DNA of 64,000 nt from the NCBI GenBank assembly GCA_040285825.1, contig JAUPSS010000008.1, positions 372,001 to 436,000 of the forward strand, given 5' to 3'. Shown one piece after another: positions 46,496-57,515 of this stretch. Under the pieces are notes generated by a model. The model made no database searches. It was given only the letters and a program-made list of their open reading frames with translations, and was not told where the DNA came from. The stretch's first letter is position 1, and every line of letters begins with the position of its first letter. Source of the DNA: Eukaryota sp. TZLM1-RC (Eukaryota > Protista > Metamonada: BaSk clade). The position numbers and the translations under genes were made by a program.

Positions 46496-46633
46496 CTAAT
46501 GTAGGCAGATCATAATCGATGGAAAAATTTCGTTTTAGAAAATGTTTTCTCCCCTTCCATAAAGCTATACATACTCTTTAACGTTTTTGTTATTAGTTTC
46601 GAATCTACTGGTCATTCTTTTGTTTTTGACATT

Positions 46634-47668
46634 TGATGCCGTTAGGCAGATGAAGAAGAAGAGAGAAATCTAAGTTTATTAATAAAACAGATTGATAAAC
46701 GAGTATCACGTCATCAATCGAAATACAAAGAAATCTACTAATTCAATTTAGGTTTAACAACAACACTACTTTTTCCCATTTTTCTGAGGACAAATACAAC
46801 ACTGGCTCAATAGAGGGAAGATATGGGGTTTGTTAAACACTTTGGTGCATCGTTTGTATGACACACATAATTCACCTCATGTTTGATTTTAGTTGGACAA
46901 TCGCGGGAGATGTGTCCAGGCATGTGGCACTTGAAGCACGATTGATTTTTTAAATTTTTGAGAGCGCCAACAGGACCTCGTTTTAGTGCCAGCCGTACGT
47001 TCCACATCATTCACTGAGGTTTTGACACCACGAGTCCATGAAACAACCCTAGAGCAGTCCAACAGCTCATCAGTAGTGGTTTTGATCAGAGATTGAAGAT
47101 CTGGAAATACATCATCTCGAATTCTCGCTAGAAGAGAACGTTAAAGACCTACGGAAAGAATTCCTCTGGCAAATCGATTCAGAAAAGCTGTGTCTGGTAA
47201 CTTCAGTCCGGAAGCCCTACTCTTTACCTGCAGGAAATGTCGCAGATAACAGGACACACGTTCTCGGACGTCACCAATACAAAACATCAAGCTTCAGTTC
47301 TGACATAGCCAGACAAAAATCTTCGAACATGGCGAACGATACGACAGATTGTAGATGTCTAAGATGAACACCGTCACTGGAAGAGACGTCGGATTTCTGA
47401 AGAGATAGGGAGTTTAAAAGATAAGAATCGACCAAGAGCCTTGCTGGAACAAGCTCTTTCTTAGGAGTCACAGAAGAATAGGTGTATCACTGTTGTAGAA
47501 ACAGAAGAACATTCTCAACTTTTATAGAAGAAAGAGACGGGAGGTTGACAGAGAGGACAGTCATCTGAAATAAGAAAGGCCAATAATTATTGATGCCGTT
47601 AGGCAGATGAACACACGAAGAAGAGAGAGAAATCTAAGTATATTAATAAAACAGATTGATAAACGAGT
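46634..47668 (-). mobile_element. Miniature non-autonomous LTR element (TRIM-like) with gag remnant
   Basis: 3' LTR 46634-46765 (minus strand tgttg..ggcatca) preceded by gggaaaaagtag; 5' LTR remnant 47591-47668 cut by a CRE copy; knuckle CFKCHMPGHISRDC. Confidence 0.8.
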
Positions 47669-48546
47669 GATTTGCAGCTCGGCTGTCTTAAATCAAGATC
47701 TCCACTCAATGTTATTGGAAAAAGGTGTTTGTGAAAATCAGTCATCAGATTCTTCGCTGTTTGTGACCATTGTGCCATGTGCCTATTATGAAGCTTTTGT
47801 AACAGAAAATACAATTATATCTGATCATCCCCATTGACAAACCTCTATAAAAAAACATGTACTTGTTCTAATTCACCATAGCTCACTTTGTGTGATGCTT
47901 TAAATTGTACCAAATTGATAACTTATCGTTCTTCATTCCATGATACTGTTAGAGACACTGTTTTTAATATGGCGCGAACTGCAAGAATATCGTGTATCAA
48001 AGAGCCTCTGCTGAAAGACTCACCGTCATTGAATAGTTTTGGTTATGATGGATCAGGTAATGTATACTGTGATTGGATTGAGGAACTCTGAAGCTGTTGT
48101 TCACTTTGTTTCCTGTAATGTTGCAAATGACACTTTGGTTACAAGAAGGAATCTTAATACTGTAAGCGCTCTTGAATATAAAGCAAATGAAAAACATAGA
48201 AAATACGACAAAGATATCGGAGAAGCCAATACTGATTGAAATACACCACTTGTTTTTACTGCTTTTCCATTTTCTATAAACGGAAGAATATCAGTAGAAG
48301 CAGGAAATTTTTTGAATGATTTCCAAAAAATGGCTCAAGAAAAAACAATGAAAATGTTTGATATCTTTTATGATGATCTCAAATTCAAGTTGCTATATTG
48401 AATAAATTGTCTCGGTTTTTCAATCGAATTAGAGAAGCTTTAGCTAGACAGCAAGCAAATCAAGATTCTGTAGAGGAAATCTTGGTTCAATGAATTTCGT
48501 CCCATTAGTTATGAGTTTATTTTGTTAAGTAGTTAATTTCAATAAA
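47669..48546 (+). mobile_element. Degenerate 5'-truncated CRE family A-like copy
   Basis: ICSSAVLNQDLH..KEPLL..KHRKY fragments and family A 3' UTR. Confidence 0.85.
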
Positions 48547-49455
48547 TAGATCATTACCAATGAGGTTTTAAAGAAGACTGTAAATCTCATTATTGACATT
48601 TTAAAAATTGATGAATGTGTTCTGTTACTGTTCGAAATGATGTCTTGTTCCCAAAACGCCTTCTGAAACAGTGGGTTTCCCAGCTGTATCCACTCATTTA
48701 TGACCATCTCTAACATCAACATCGTTTTCTTGGTGAACGCCCTGTTGATCTTGAACATACGCGTTTTTCTCTATCTTATCTCCGATCACTAGTTAACCAA
48801 CAATAGCAAAAGACATTGGCTATTAGAAATCGGTGATTTTTTTAAAAAAAGTTTATCATTGTTAAAAAAGGAGACGAGCGAAACATACAACTAAATATAC
48901 AAAACTGTCTCAACACCCAAAACTCAAACAAGACAATTCTTCTAAAGATCACAATGCAAGGGTCAAAAAGAGTTTTAAAGTGAAACTATCAAGCTATCTT
49001 TTTATGGCGTTCTCGGATTCAATTCTAGAACTTAGTTCAAGGGAAGCAGCATCGAGTTACAAACAACCAGGATCATAATCAAAGTGGTAAGAGTAACAAT
49101 CCAATTGATGAATCTGGAGGCAGTGAGGATAAGAAAAATTAGGGAGTGGGATCCTGGGTATCTCCATTTAAATTTACTTCTCCGAAGATGCTCTCAATTC
49201 AAGAGCATCTTCAGAATTTAAGAATAAGCACTGGTGTGGTTTCAAGATAAATTATCCAGAATTGCTGCATGTCAGGTGAAGATAAACAAACACTCTTGGT
49301 TGTAACGTGGGAATGTAGCTTTATCAGATAGAAATTTTGTACTTGAGAAAATTCAATAAATGCCATAAAAAAGGAAAAAAATACATGAAGTAATTATTAA
49401 AAATTTCTAATCTACATAAAATAAAATTCACTCTAGGAAAAAAATAAGTAAACCA

Positions 49456-51279
49456 CTACGACATACTCCTAAATTCTTCCAACATGGCCATAACATCATC
49501 TTCATTTGAAACACTGTCCAAAGAAGCGACTGCATCAGGATTACTGTGCGCCAAATCGGAAACTTCCAAATCAAACTGCCCAATTTGATTGTCAATTTGT
49601 TGAGATAAATCTTCAACTGATTCCTCCACTTGTTGGGTACATGACCTATTATCAAGCAATTCTTCGTTTAACTCAAGGTCTTCGTTCTTTAGTTCCCTTT
49701 GTTGAGATTTTGTTAAACATTTGCTCTTTTCTAGTTCTGACCATGCAGCTTGGACTTGCACAAGATAGGAGCTTTCACGATCAGAGTAATTATTATTTAC
49801 AATATGATTATCATTACCAGCAAAAGAACTGTCCTCTGGTTTGTAAAGATTAAAACTAGGTCGACTGGGAGAAAAGATAGTATCTCGAACACTTGGAGTT
49901 GACTGTCGTTGACTTTCTGGACTTTTTTGAACCACTGATTTGACCCTTGATTGGGTTTGTCTAACCAATTCCTCCTCAAATAAAGTTTCCCCACGGCCTC
50001 GTTGACTTTTGACGACTTCTCCACTATTGACCTTATCTTTTGGGCTCTTATCTTTCCTCCACTTTGTGAGTTTAGGACTAAATGTACATGCTTGCAATTC
50101 CTTTTGCATTCGTTCCTGCTTGGCCTGTTCAAGTTCTTGTTCTTTTTTCTGGCGGATTCTGAGTGACCTATCGTACAATGAGTTGCTCCCACTGAACAAA
50201 TTCTTGGAAATTTCAGCAGATTTTCTATTAATATTCGGAGTAAAAGTACACTCAGAAGTTTCCTGTTTTTCCTTTTCTTTCTGCAACAATTCCAACTGCT
50301 GTTGAGTTTTTTCGAGGTGAATTCTTGATCTTTGTACAATGTCTACATCTGACACCACAGACCCACTACTTTTCTTCCTTGGTGACTTTTCCTTTTCCTT
50401 TTCTTGATCTCTTTCCTTTTCCTTTTTTACATCAGGTGAAAAATATAATGGTCTTCTTGCATTTACTGAACTAGAAAGAATTTTTTCAGTATTGGGGTTG
50501 ATGGTTGGAGAAAAAGGACAACTACTCTTCATCACGGTTTCCTCCAAGTTCTTCCTTTTTTCTTCCAGCAAAACACTTTCACTATAAAGCTCCTCAAAAG
50601 GGTCTTCCCTGTGTTTGGTTGGCTCAGAATCTGGATCAGAGGGAATGATGACAGGAGTGAAGAGCTGTTGGCCTGTCGAGAGGTCAACCAGTCTGTGTTT
50701 TAGATCTTGCTTTACATTTAAGCCACGGACCCTAGACTCTTGACTTAGCTTGTAGAGGCGTTCAGTCACAGGTTCTTGGAGGGCTTTGGAGAGCTGTCGG
50801 GAAACAGGGTTAATTTGTGGTTGAAAGTCCTTATCAGAGTTTGGGTCAGAGTAAGACTTTTTCCAGTATTGGTTGGCGTACTTGTCCCATGCTTTGACGG
50901 GACCTTGATGGCCGGTCTGCTGCACTATACGGCGAGAGCGCTCCGACACGAGGGGAGGAGGGGTAACAGGCGCTTCCTCATCGATTTGCTTGCGACGACG
51001 TTCTTCTTCAAGACGTTGCTCACGTCGTTTAGCCCAGAGATTGTTGTAGTCGGCAAAATCGACGGAGGAAGGGCGAGCCTTAGGGGTTTTTATTTTGGAA
51101 GTTATACCAATATCAGGTTTGGGCCGGAGTTGTGCAAGTTCAGCTTCTTGTTTCTCACGTTGATGTACTGAAGCTCGTTGCATTTTTTCAGTTAGCATAG
51201 CCTTACCGGTATGATAGAGTCTTTCACCAGGGTTTTCAAAAGTAGAAGGCACATCATGTCTAGGTGAAGACTCTGACAT
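49456..51279 (-). CDS. Hypothetical coiled-coil protein with repeated (C)TFxP-I motifs (cytoskeletal/flagellar type)
   Basis: 607-aa ORF; FQPQIN, CPFSPTIN, ECTFTPNIN, CTFSPKL repeats paired with ERLY-like motifs. Confidence 0.65.
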   Translation of the reverse strand: MSESSPRHDVPSTFENPGERLYHTGKAMLTEKMQRASVHQREKQEAELAQLRPKPDIGITSKIKTPKARPSSVDFADYNNLWAKRREQRLEEERRRKQIDEEAPVTPPPLVSERSRRIVQQTGHQGPVKAWDKYANQYWKKSYSDPNSDKDFQPQINPVSRQLSKALQEPVTERLYKLSQESRVRGLNVKQDLKHRLVDLSTGQQLFTPVIIPSDPDSEPTKHREDPFEELYSESVLLEEKRKNLEETVMKSSCPFSPTINPNTEKILSSSVNARRPLYFSPDVKKEKERDQEKEKEKSPRKKSSGSVVSDVDIVQRSRIHLEKTQQQLELLQKEKEKQETSECTFTPNINRKSAEISKNLFSGSNSLYDRSLRIRQKKEQELEQAKQERMQKELQACTFSPKLTKWRKDKSPKDKVNSGEVVKSQRGRGETLFEEELVRQTQSRVKSVVQKSPESQRQSTPSVRDTIFSPSRPSFNLYKPEDSSFAGNDNHIVNNNYSDRESSYLVQVQAAWSELEKSKCLTKSQQRELKNEDLELNEELLDNRSCTQQVEESVEDLSQQIDNQIGQFDLEVSDLAHSNPDAVASLDSVSNEDDVMAMLEEFRSMS

Positions 51280-51559
51280 GATCTATAAGTAATCGATAGT
51301 AAACAGTAGTAAATAGTGGTAATGCTGAAATTCTTTGGTATTGTTTCTTTCCATGCTGATACTATCTTAATCTTAATCTTTCTATCTTAATGCTAATTCT
51401 CTAAACATTCTTTCCCATACTCATTGATCGTTGCAATACCATTGGTCTACAATTATCATGAATATGAGAGTACGTAATCCTGTACATGTTCAGAGCACTG
51501 TTAACATCCCTATCCCATTGTCCTGTATTTGATTGAACAACAATGATTTTCCATTTATT

Positions 51560-54193
51560 TTAACGTACATGGCGAATTTTACTAATGACACTCCTGGCCC
51601 ATTTTGCAGCTTCTTCTACATCAGCATCATGTGAGCTTCTTCCTTTTTTAACTAAATCATCTATTGCCTTGTTTTGCAAATACGTAGAAACTGTTGCTCC
51701 CAGCACACTGCCGACATCACCAATTAAGTTAATAGCAGCAGCTAAAACATCGTCGTTTCTGTACTTGTCATTTGCAACATTAACAATGTAAACAAACATA
51801 TTATCAATATAAGGTTGTAATAACAATCCCTTTTTTTCTGGTTTTAGACCTTGGAGTAAACCAGTGTAGACATCGAAAACAGCTTGCCGAAGAGAATTAA
51901 CCCACAGTATTTGATCTTCATCTTCAGGATTCGAAATGTTGATTTGTTTTGCAGCATTCAATAACTCAATGGTTTCGGGAATATATTGCTCAAACGCCCC
52001 GCCACAGACCAGAGCGTAATCCCCAAGAATTGATAACAGCATTGGACGTGTGAATGGATCAGTATTAGCATCTCTTAACAAAGCAACGGTAGCGGCATAA
52101 AAAGTGGGTAAATAAGGAACAAAAGCACGGTCTAGGGCACGACAGACGTCACCAGCTGCTCCAATTGCAAGGGTTAAAACTCTGACAGGGCCACCAGTAG
52201 ATAAACCATTCATTAAATGAGGACCAAATGCATCCATATAACGAGCAAATTCCGCTCCAATAGCAGTAGCAAGGGCTCCGACCGCCATCAAAACTTCTTC
52301 AAAAACTGTTTTGTGTGGGTACTTCAACACTTCAAGGAAACACATCATTAAAGAATCAGCATAGGGTCTAACTGAACCTCGAAGTCTGGTACAAATAGCA
52401 TGGAAAAGGCCACATAAATGACTCTGTAAATCAAATATTTCTTCTCGGTCAGCAGAAGTGAGTCCAGCTTGTCCAAATGTTGCTTTCATTCGCTCAATTA
52501 GAGGATTAACAAGTTCTGAAATTGTAGGTAAAGAGTCCTCAGCTGAAAAAAGGATAATATTATTAAGTGTTTCATAAGCAGAAATTCTTAGATTAGATAC
52601 ATCTGCATCTGGCCTTGATGAACACTGTAACAATTCCCTTATAGAACGGACAATGTAAGGAGATAAAGCATGGGAGGGTTGATCACGGAGACCCTCAAAC
52701 GACTCTGCAAGATTGTACAAGGCCCAGCAAGCATTATTAGCCACTCTTGCTTCTTGAGAAAGTGAGTAGTAAATAGCATCCATCAGGGTGGGGAGCCATT
52801 TATCCTTGACTGAATCAGAGTGGAATAAACAAATTTGACCAAGTGCCCAAACAGCAGAATCCTTTACAGAAATAGAATCATCTTTTAATAATTTGAATAG
52901 AGCGGGAATTCCTTGAGAAATAACAGGTTCAAGTTTAGACCCTGAAGGTCCATCCATGATAGAACCAAATGCCATGACTGATGCATCCCTGTATTGCCAT
53001 TCCTGAGAGTTAATGTTTTGAGAAAGGAAAGGAATGACATGCTCAACAATGTCGTCTGTAACACAATTAGACAAATGTTCTAAACAAGTGGCTGCTGACA
53101 ATGCAACAGTCCATTCTTCCTCTTCTTCATACTCTTCAACCCTAGTTAAGGCCTGGAGAATAAGAGGAACAATCCATGGAAGAACACGGCGAGTGTATTC
53201 AGCAGAGGCAACCTCTGGGGGTCTATTCTGTTCAGCTGCTTCCCTTGCCTCTTCATGGAACTCCTCCTCAACGGCAGCAATAGTGCTCCAAAACTCAATA
53301 CCTTGCTTAGCCACTTCATCGGACTGGGAACGGATAGCGTTGCAGGTGAGTTCAAAGAGTTTTTCCATGTGCTCATTTAGTTTTTCATAGTAAAAACCAG
53401 CAATTTTGTTTAGACACATCAAAGATTTAGTTTGAACTTTGGTATCTTGATGCTGTGCGGCAGACATTACTTGATCCATTAGATACTTGCGATGCTCGGC
53501 TTGATCCATATTAGTGGTGATAAACTCAAGAGAGTTGTAGAGAGCATCACATGCAGCGATTTTGACAGAAACAGAAGTTTCAGAGGGACTGAGACCGGTG
53601 CATATTCCATTGAGAATAGCACTTGATTCAGGAGCAAGTACGTCAGGATGGATTTCTTCACAAATGTATCCAATAGCCTTCAAAACAGATTCACGAAGAT
53701 ACTCCTGGGGTTGGGCAAGGCCAGAGACAAGACTGGGGAGAAGCTCAGGCCACATCGTTTGGGGGAGTTCGATCAAAGCAATCTTGGCTAATGCTTGTGT
53801 TGAAGACCATCTGGCCTCAGCTGTGGGCGATGCCAAAGTTCGAAAGACTATGGTTTTGACCTCAGTACGGGCGTCAGGGGAGAGGCCGAGCCAAATCTGT
53901 GCATTGTCATTGTTGAGTCTGATGTCAATGGCATTCTTTAAAGCTAGACCGGCAAGAGAACGAGTAGTGGCTGGACGATCCTCCTTCCCCAGTTCAGAAG
54001 CAAGTGAACAAACATATTGCCCCTGAAATCAGATGTAAAAGTCAAACATACAGGGTTTTCTTGTTTGATGCGCTGAAGATCAGCTTCGGCTTGTTTTTGA
54101 ACCGATGCATCTACAATAAGAGAAAATACATGAAGCCAAACCATCGGAGCGTTGGGAGTTTTGTAACACAGTAAACAAATCAATAGTCTGCAT
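51560..54193 (-). CDS. KPNB1: Importin subunit beta-1, two short introns (54111-54141, 54023-54051)
   Basis: Spliced N-terminus ..AGLALKNA..; WPELL, AIGYICEEI, QGIEFWSTIA, acidic loop EEYEEEEEW, RDASVMAFGSI. Confidence 0.95.
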
Positions 54194-54298
54194 AAGGAGG
54201 TTATTGATGTTAAAAGGCTAAGAAAGAGGACAGAATATAGTTGGAGGTTGTGGGAAATTCAAATACAAATTATGGAACAAAATTCTCGTTCAATGACT

Positions 54299-55206
54299 AT
54301 AATATTTGCAGCTCGGCTGTTTTAAATCAAGATCTTCACTCATTGTTATTGGAAAAGGGTGTTTGTGAAAACAAGGTGTCAGATTCTTCACTTTTTGTAA
54401 CCATTGTACCACGAAGATTTGGATTGTGTGCTACTAATGAAGCATTTGTAACAAAAATGAGATTATATTTGAACATCCCCATTAACCAATTATTATCAAA
54501 AGAAAAATGTATTTGTTCGAATTCACCTCAACTCACTTTGCGCCATGCTCTAAATTGCTCTAAATTGATAACTTATCGTTCTTCATTACATGATGCTGTT
54601 AGAGACACTGTTTTCAATATGTCACAAACTGCAAGGATATCGTGTATCAAAGAGCCCCCTGCTGAAAGAAACACTTTCTCTGAATAATTTTGGTTCTGAT
54701 GATAGAGGTGATGTATATTGTGATTGGATTGATAATTCTGAAGCTATTGTTGACTTTGTCTCATGTAATGTTGCAAACGATACTTTGGTTCACAGAAGAA
54801 AACTTAATCCTGTGGCTGCTCTGGATTTTAAAGCAAAAGAAAAACATAGAAAATATGATAAAGAAATTGAAGATGCAAATATCGATAGAAATACACAGCT
54901 GGTTTTTATTGCTTTTCCATTTTCGATAAATGGAAGATTATCAGTTGAAGCAGAAACTTTTTTGGATGACTTCCAAAAAATGGTGAAAGAAAAAACAATG
55001 AAAAGATTTGATATTTTTTTATGGCGTTCACGGATTCAATTTGCCATTATTAATAGATTACCGCGGTTTTTCAATCGAATTAGAGAAGCTTTAGCTAGAC
55101 AGCAAGCAAATCAAGATTTTGTAGAGGAAATCTTGGTTTAATGATAGTCGTCCCATTAGTTATGATTTAATTTAATCAAGTGTGCAAATTCAATAAATTA
55201 AAATTA
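54299..55206 (+). mobile_element. 5'-truncated CRE family A copy
   Basis: Near-identical to the 3' 0.9 kb of family A; TSD ttcaatgact at 54289-54298 and 55207-55216. Confidence 0.92.
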
Positions 55207-55306
55207 TTCAATGACTTATTTTAAGTATTAGACTATACATCACAAAAAACAAAAGCAATACAAAGCAATTTACCAAAAAACAAAAAAGAACTAAATAAAA
55301 TTAAAA

Positions 55307-57454
55307 CTATGCTTGCACCTCCAACACTAACCACTCTGCATCTTCACCAATTTCTTCCAGGTAAGCCTTAAAGGGTTTCAACACATCCTCTCTTGTAAAT
55401 TCATCCTCAATCTTGCTGAAAGCATCAACAACAATAGAATGAGTAATGTACCCCTTCTCTAACCAAAACATCACAAATTTAGCAATTACTGCTGGGCAAA
55501 GAGGGAAATCTTCCATCAATTCAACAAGTTTGGTTTCCATAAACTTATTAAATCCAGATACAATAATGTTCTTGGTGATATGACCCCTTTCAACAAGCAC
55601 CTTAAAGATTGAGAAAAAGTGATTAATCATTTCAACTTTAGGATTTTTGTTGATAAACGTATAGAGCACCAATGCCAAAAGGTCTACCTTTTTTTCATTT
55701 AATCGAACTCCAAAATCAGCATAGGCAGAGACAGCATCTTCAATGCCCATTTGATCAAGTTTCTTAATAAAATCTTTAACTTTAACCTCAGAAATTTCTT
55801 GTTCTGGCCGTGTTTGGCGAAGGTTTCTGACATCTTGGGTCCTTCCTTTGCGTCCCTTGACAGTGGTGAAACCATCAACCTCTTGACGTCTTGATTCCTC
55901 TTCCTGGGCTTTTTGTTCGGCCAACAGACGAGATTGATTTTCATGTTGTTCTTTCTTTGTTAAATAAAAATCGTAAAAGTTGGCACACAAGCACCTCGAT
56001 CTTGTGTCAACCTCCTCATCTTTGGAGAACTCAAGTACCTTACTAGCTACGGTATCAATAAATTCATTAATAGCAGCCTTTTGGAGAATACGAGTCCACA
56101 GAGTAACAAGAGCTTCTACCACACCACCAACATAGGGTCTTTTGACAAGTTCGCCAGAAATATGAGCAGCAACACCAGGTTCAAAAACACCCTCTAGAAT
56201 CAAAGTGGCAACAAATTCAATATTACCAAGGATTTGAGCTTTGAGTTTACGTTCCCGGTAAAACCTTTCAGCATCCAATTGATCTTCGGTTACGTCCCCA
56301 TCGTTCTTAAACCGTTCTCTTTTGACTTTTTCAATTTCCGCATCAGAAACTTTCCATTCTTCATCTTGAAGGAAGTATTTTTGGAAATTTGTCTGACAGC
56401 GGTGCACTAATCTACGGTTGAATCCTTGATCAGTTTCAGTTGCGGGGAGTTTAGAGGTGAGTTCCTTACAAAGTTCGGCATAAAGAGTCATGAAAGTGGG
56501 TTCAAGAGTGGCCTTATCGAATAAAAACTCTGTAAAATCATCCTGAAGTTCAATAATTTGGTCATCATTGAGAGATTGACTGTCTTTTGACTTTTTAAGG
56601 AAGACATCAACAATTTCTTTAATGATCTTGCCTTTATTAGCACCAGAAAGCTTGTTGAGGAGCCCTCTACAATGCTTTCTAACGGCAACACCAGCATCCT
56701 GCTTCATCTGTGCTCTTTGCTTATTGATATCGTAAGCATTAGCACTTTTTGGTAGGGGCTGGGCAGCAATACCGGAACGAGGAGTAGCTTTTCTACTGTG
56801 GGAATGACTACTGCCTCTGGGTTGGCCGCGTTTGGAACCTCCTCGGTTATTGCCAGATCTGTTGCCTCTGTTGGCATTCTGGCTAAGGTTATTGTGACGG
56901 GAAACCATTTCCAGCAACCTTTTGGTTAGTTCATTATCTGCTGGACAATGGTCTTTCATTTGCGTGAATGTATCCTTTGAATACTGAATCTTTTCAGATT
57001 TTGATGATGAACTGGAGAGAGCTGAGGTCCTACCTTCGTCGTCGGTCGTGTGGGTCTGGGTATTTTCTAACCCGGGGGGAGGGGTGGCAGTGTTGTAGGT
57101 AGGACGCGGTTCCTGTGAGGGAATGGTGACAGCTGGGAGTTGTGAAGAGGACGGTTCTTCGGGAGTGGGAGACCTTTCAGGATTGGTTTCTTCTGCGTCT
57201 TTAACTGAGGGATTATCTTGAGATTTCTTCTCGTTGCGAAGTTTATTCAAGTCTGGTACGACTACAGGTTTTTCGGCTTGCGAGGATGTGTCAGCAGCTG
57301 GAGGCTGTGTGACAGGAGCTGAAGCAGGTACTGCAGGAGCAGTGAGGGCCTTTGGTATGTACTCTGGAATCTTCTCGACGTTACCAAACCTGCTTTTAGG
57401 CTTCGGGTTAAAACCAGGAACCTCATCAGGTTTTATTTTGTCAAACTTCCCCAT
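55307..57454 (-). CDS. EIF4G: eIF4G-like translation initiation scaffold (MIF4G + MA3)
   Basis: RGLLNKLS..FDKATLEPTF..LYAELC..CQTNF..LGNIEF MIF4G; C-terminal DFPLCP MA3; first ATG at 57454. Confidence 0.85.
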   Translation of the reverse strand: MGKFDKIKPDEVPGFNPKPKSRFGNVEKIPEYIPKALTAPAVPASAPVTQPPAADTSSQAEKPVVVPDLNKLRNEKKSQDNPSVKDAEETNPERSPTPEEPSSSQLPAVTIPSQEPRPTYNTATPPPGLENTQTHTTDDEGRTSALSSSSSKSEKIQYSKDTFTQMKDHCPADNELTKRLLEMVSRHNNLSQNANRGNRSGNNRGGSKRGQPRGSSHSHSRKATPRSGIAAQPLPKSANAYDINKQRAQMKQDAGVAVRKHCRGLLNKLSGANKGKIIKEIVDVFLKKSKDSQSLNDDQIIELQDDFTEFLFDKATLEPTFMTLYAELCKELTSKLPATETDQGFNRRLVHRCQTNFQKYFLQDEEWKVSDAEIEKVKRERFKNDGDVTEDQLDAERFYRERKLKAQILGNIEFVATLILEGVFEPGVAAHISGELVKRPYVGGVVEALVTLWTRILQKAAINEFIDTVASKVLEFSKDEEVDTRSRCLCANFYDFYLTKKEQHENQSRLLAEQKAQEEESRRQEVDGFTTVKGRKGRTQDVRNLRQTRPEQEISEVKVKDFIKKLDQMGIEDAVSAYADFGVRLNEKKVDLLALVLYTFINKNPKVEMINHFFSIFKVLVERGHITKNIIVSGFNKFMETKLVELMEDFPLCPAVIAKFVMFWLEKGYITHSIVVDAFSKIEDEFTREDVLKPFKAYLEEIGEDAEWLVLEVQA

Positions 57455-57515
57455 TGTGTTGATGCGGAGAAGGGAAATAGTCCAGATCCTCAAATTTAAT
57501 TTCGTAATGATTCTC

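Noticed and set aside
49184-49212. Perfect 11-bp inverted repeat gaagatgctct/agagcatcttc
   Set aside because: Isolated in decayed sequence, with no TSD, second copy or other support
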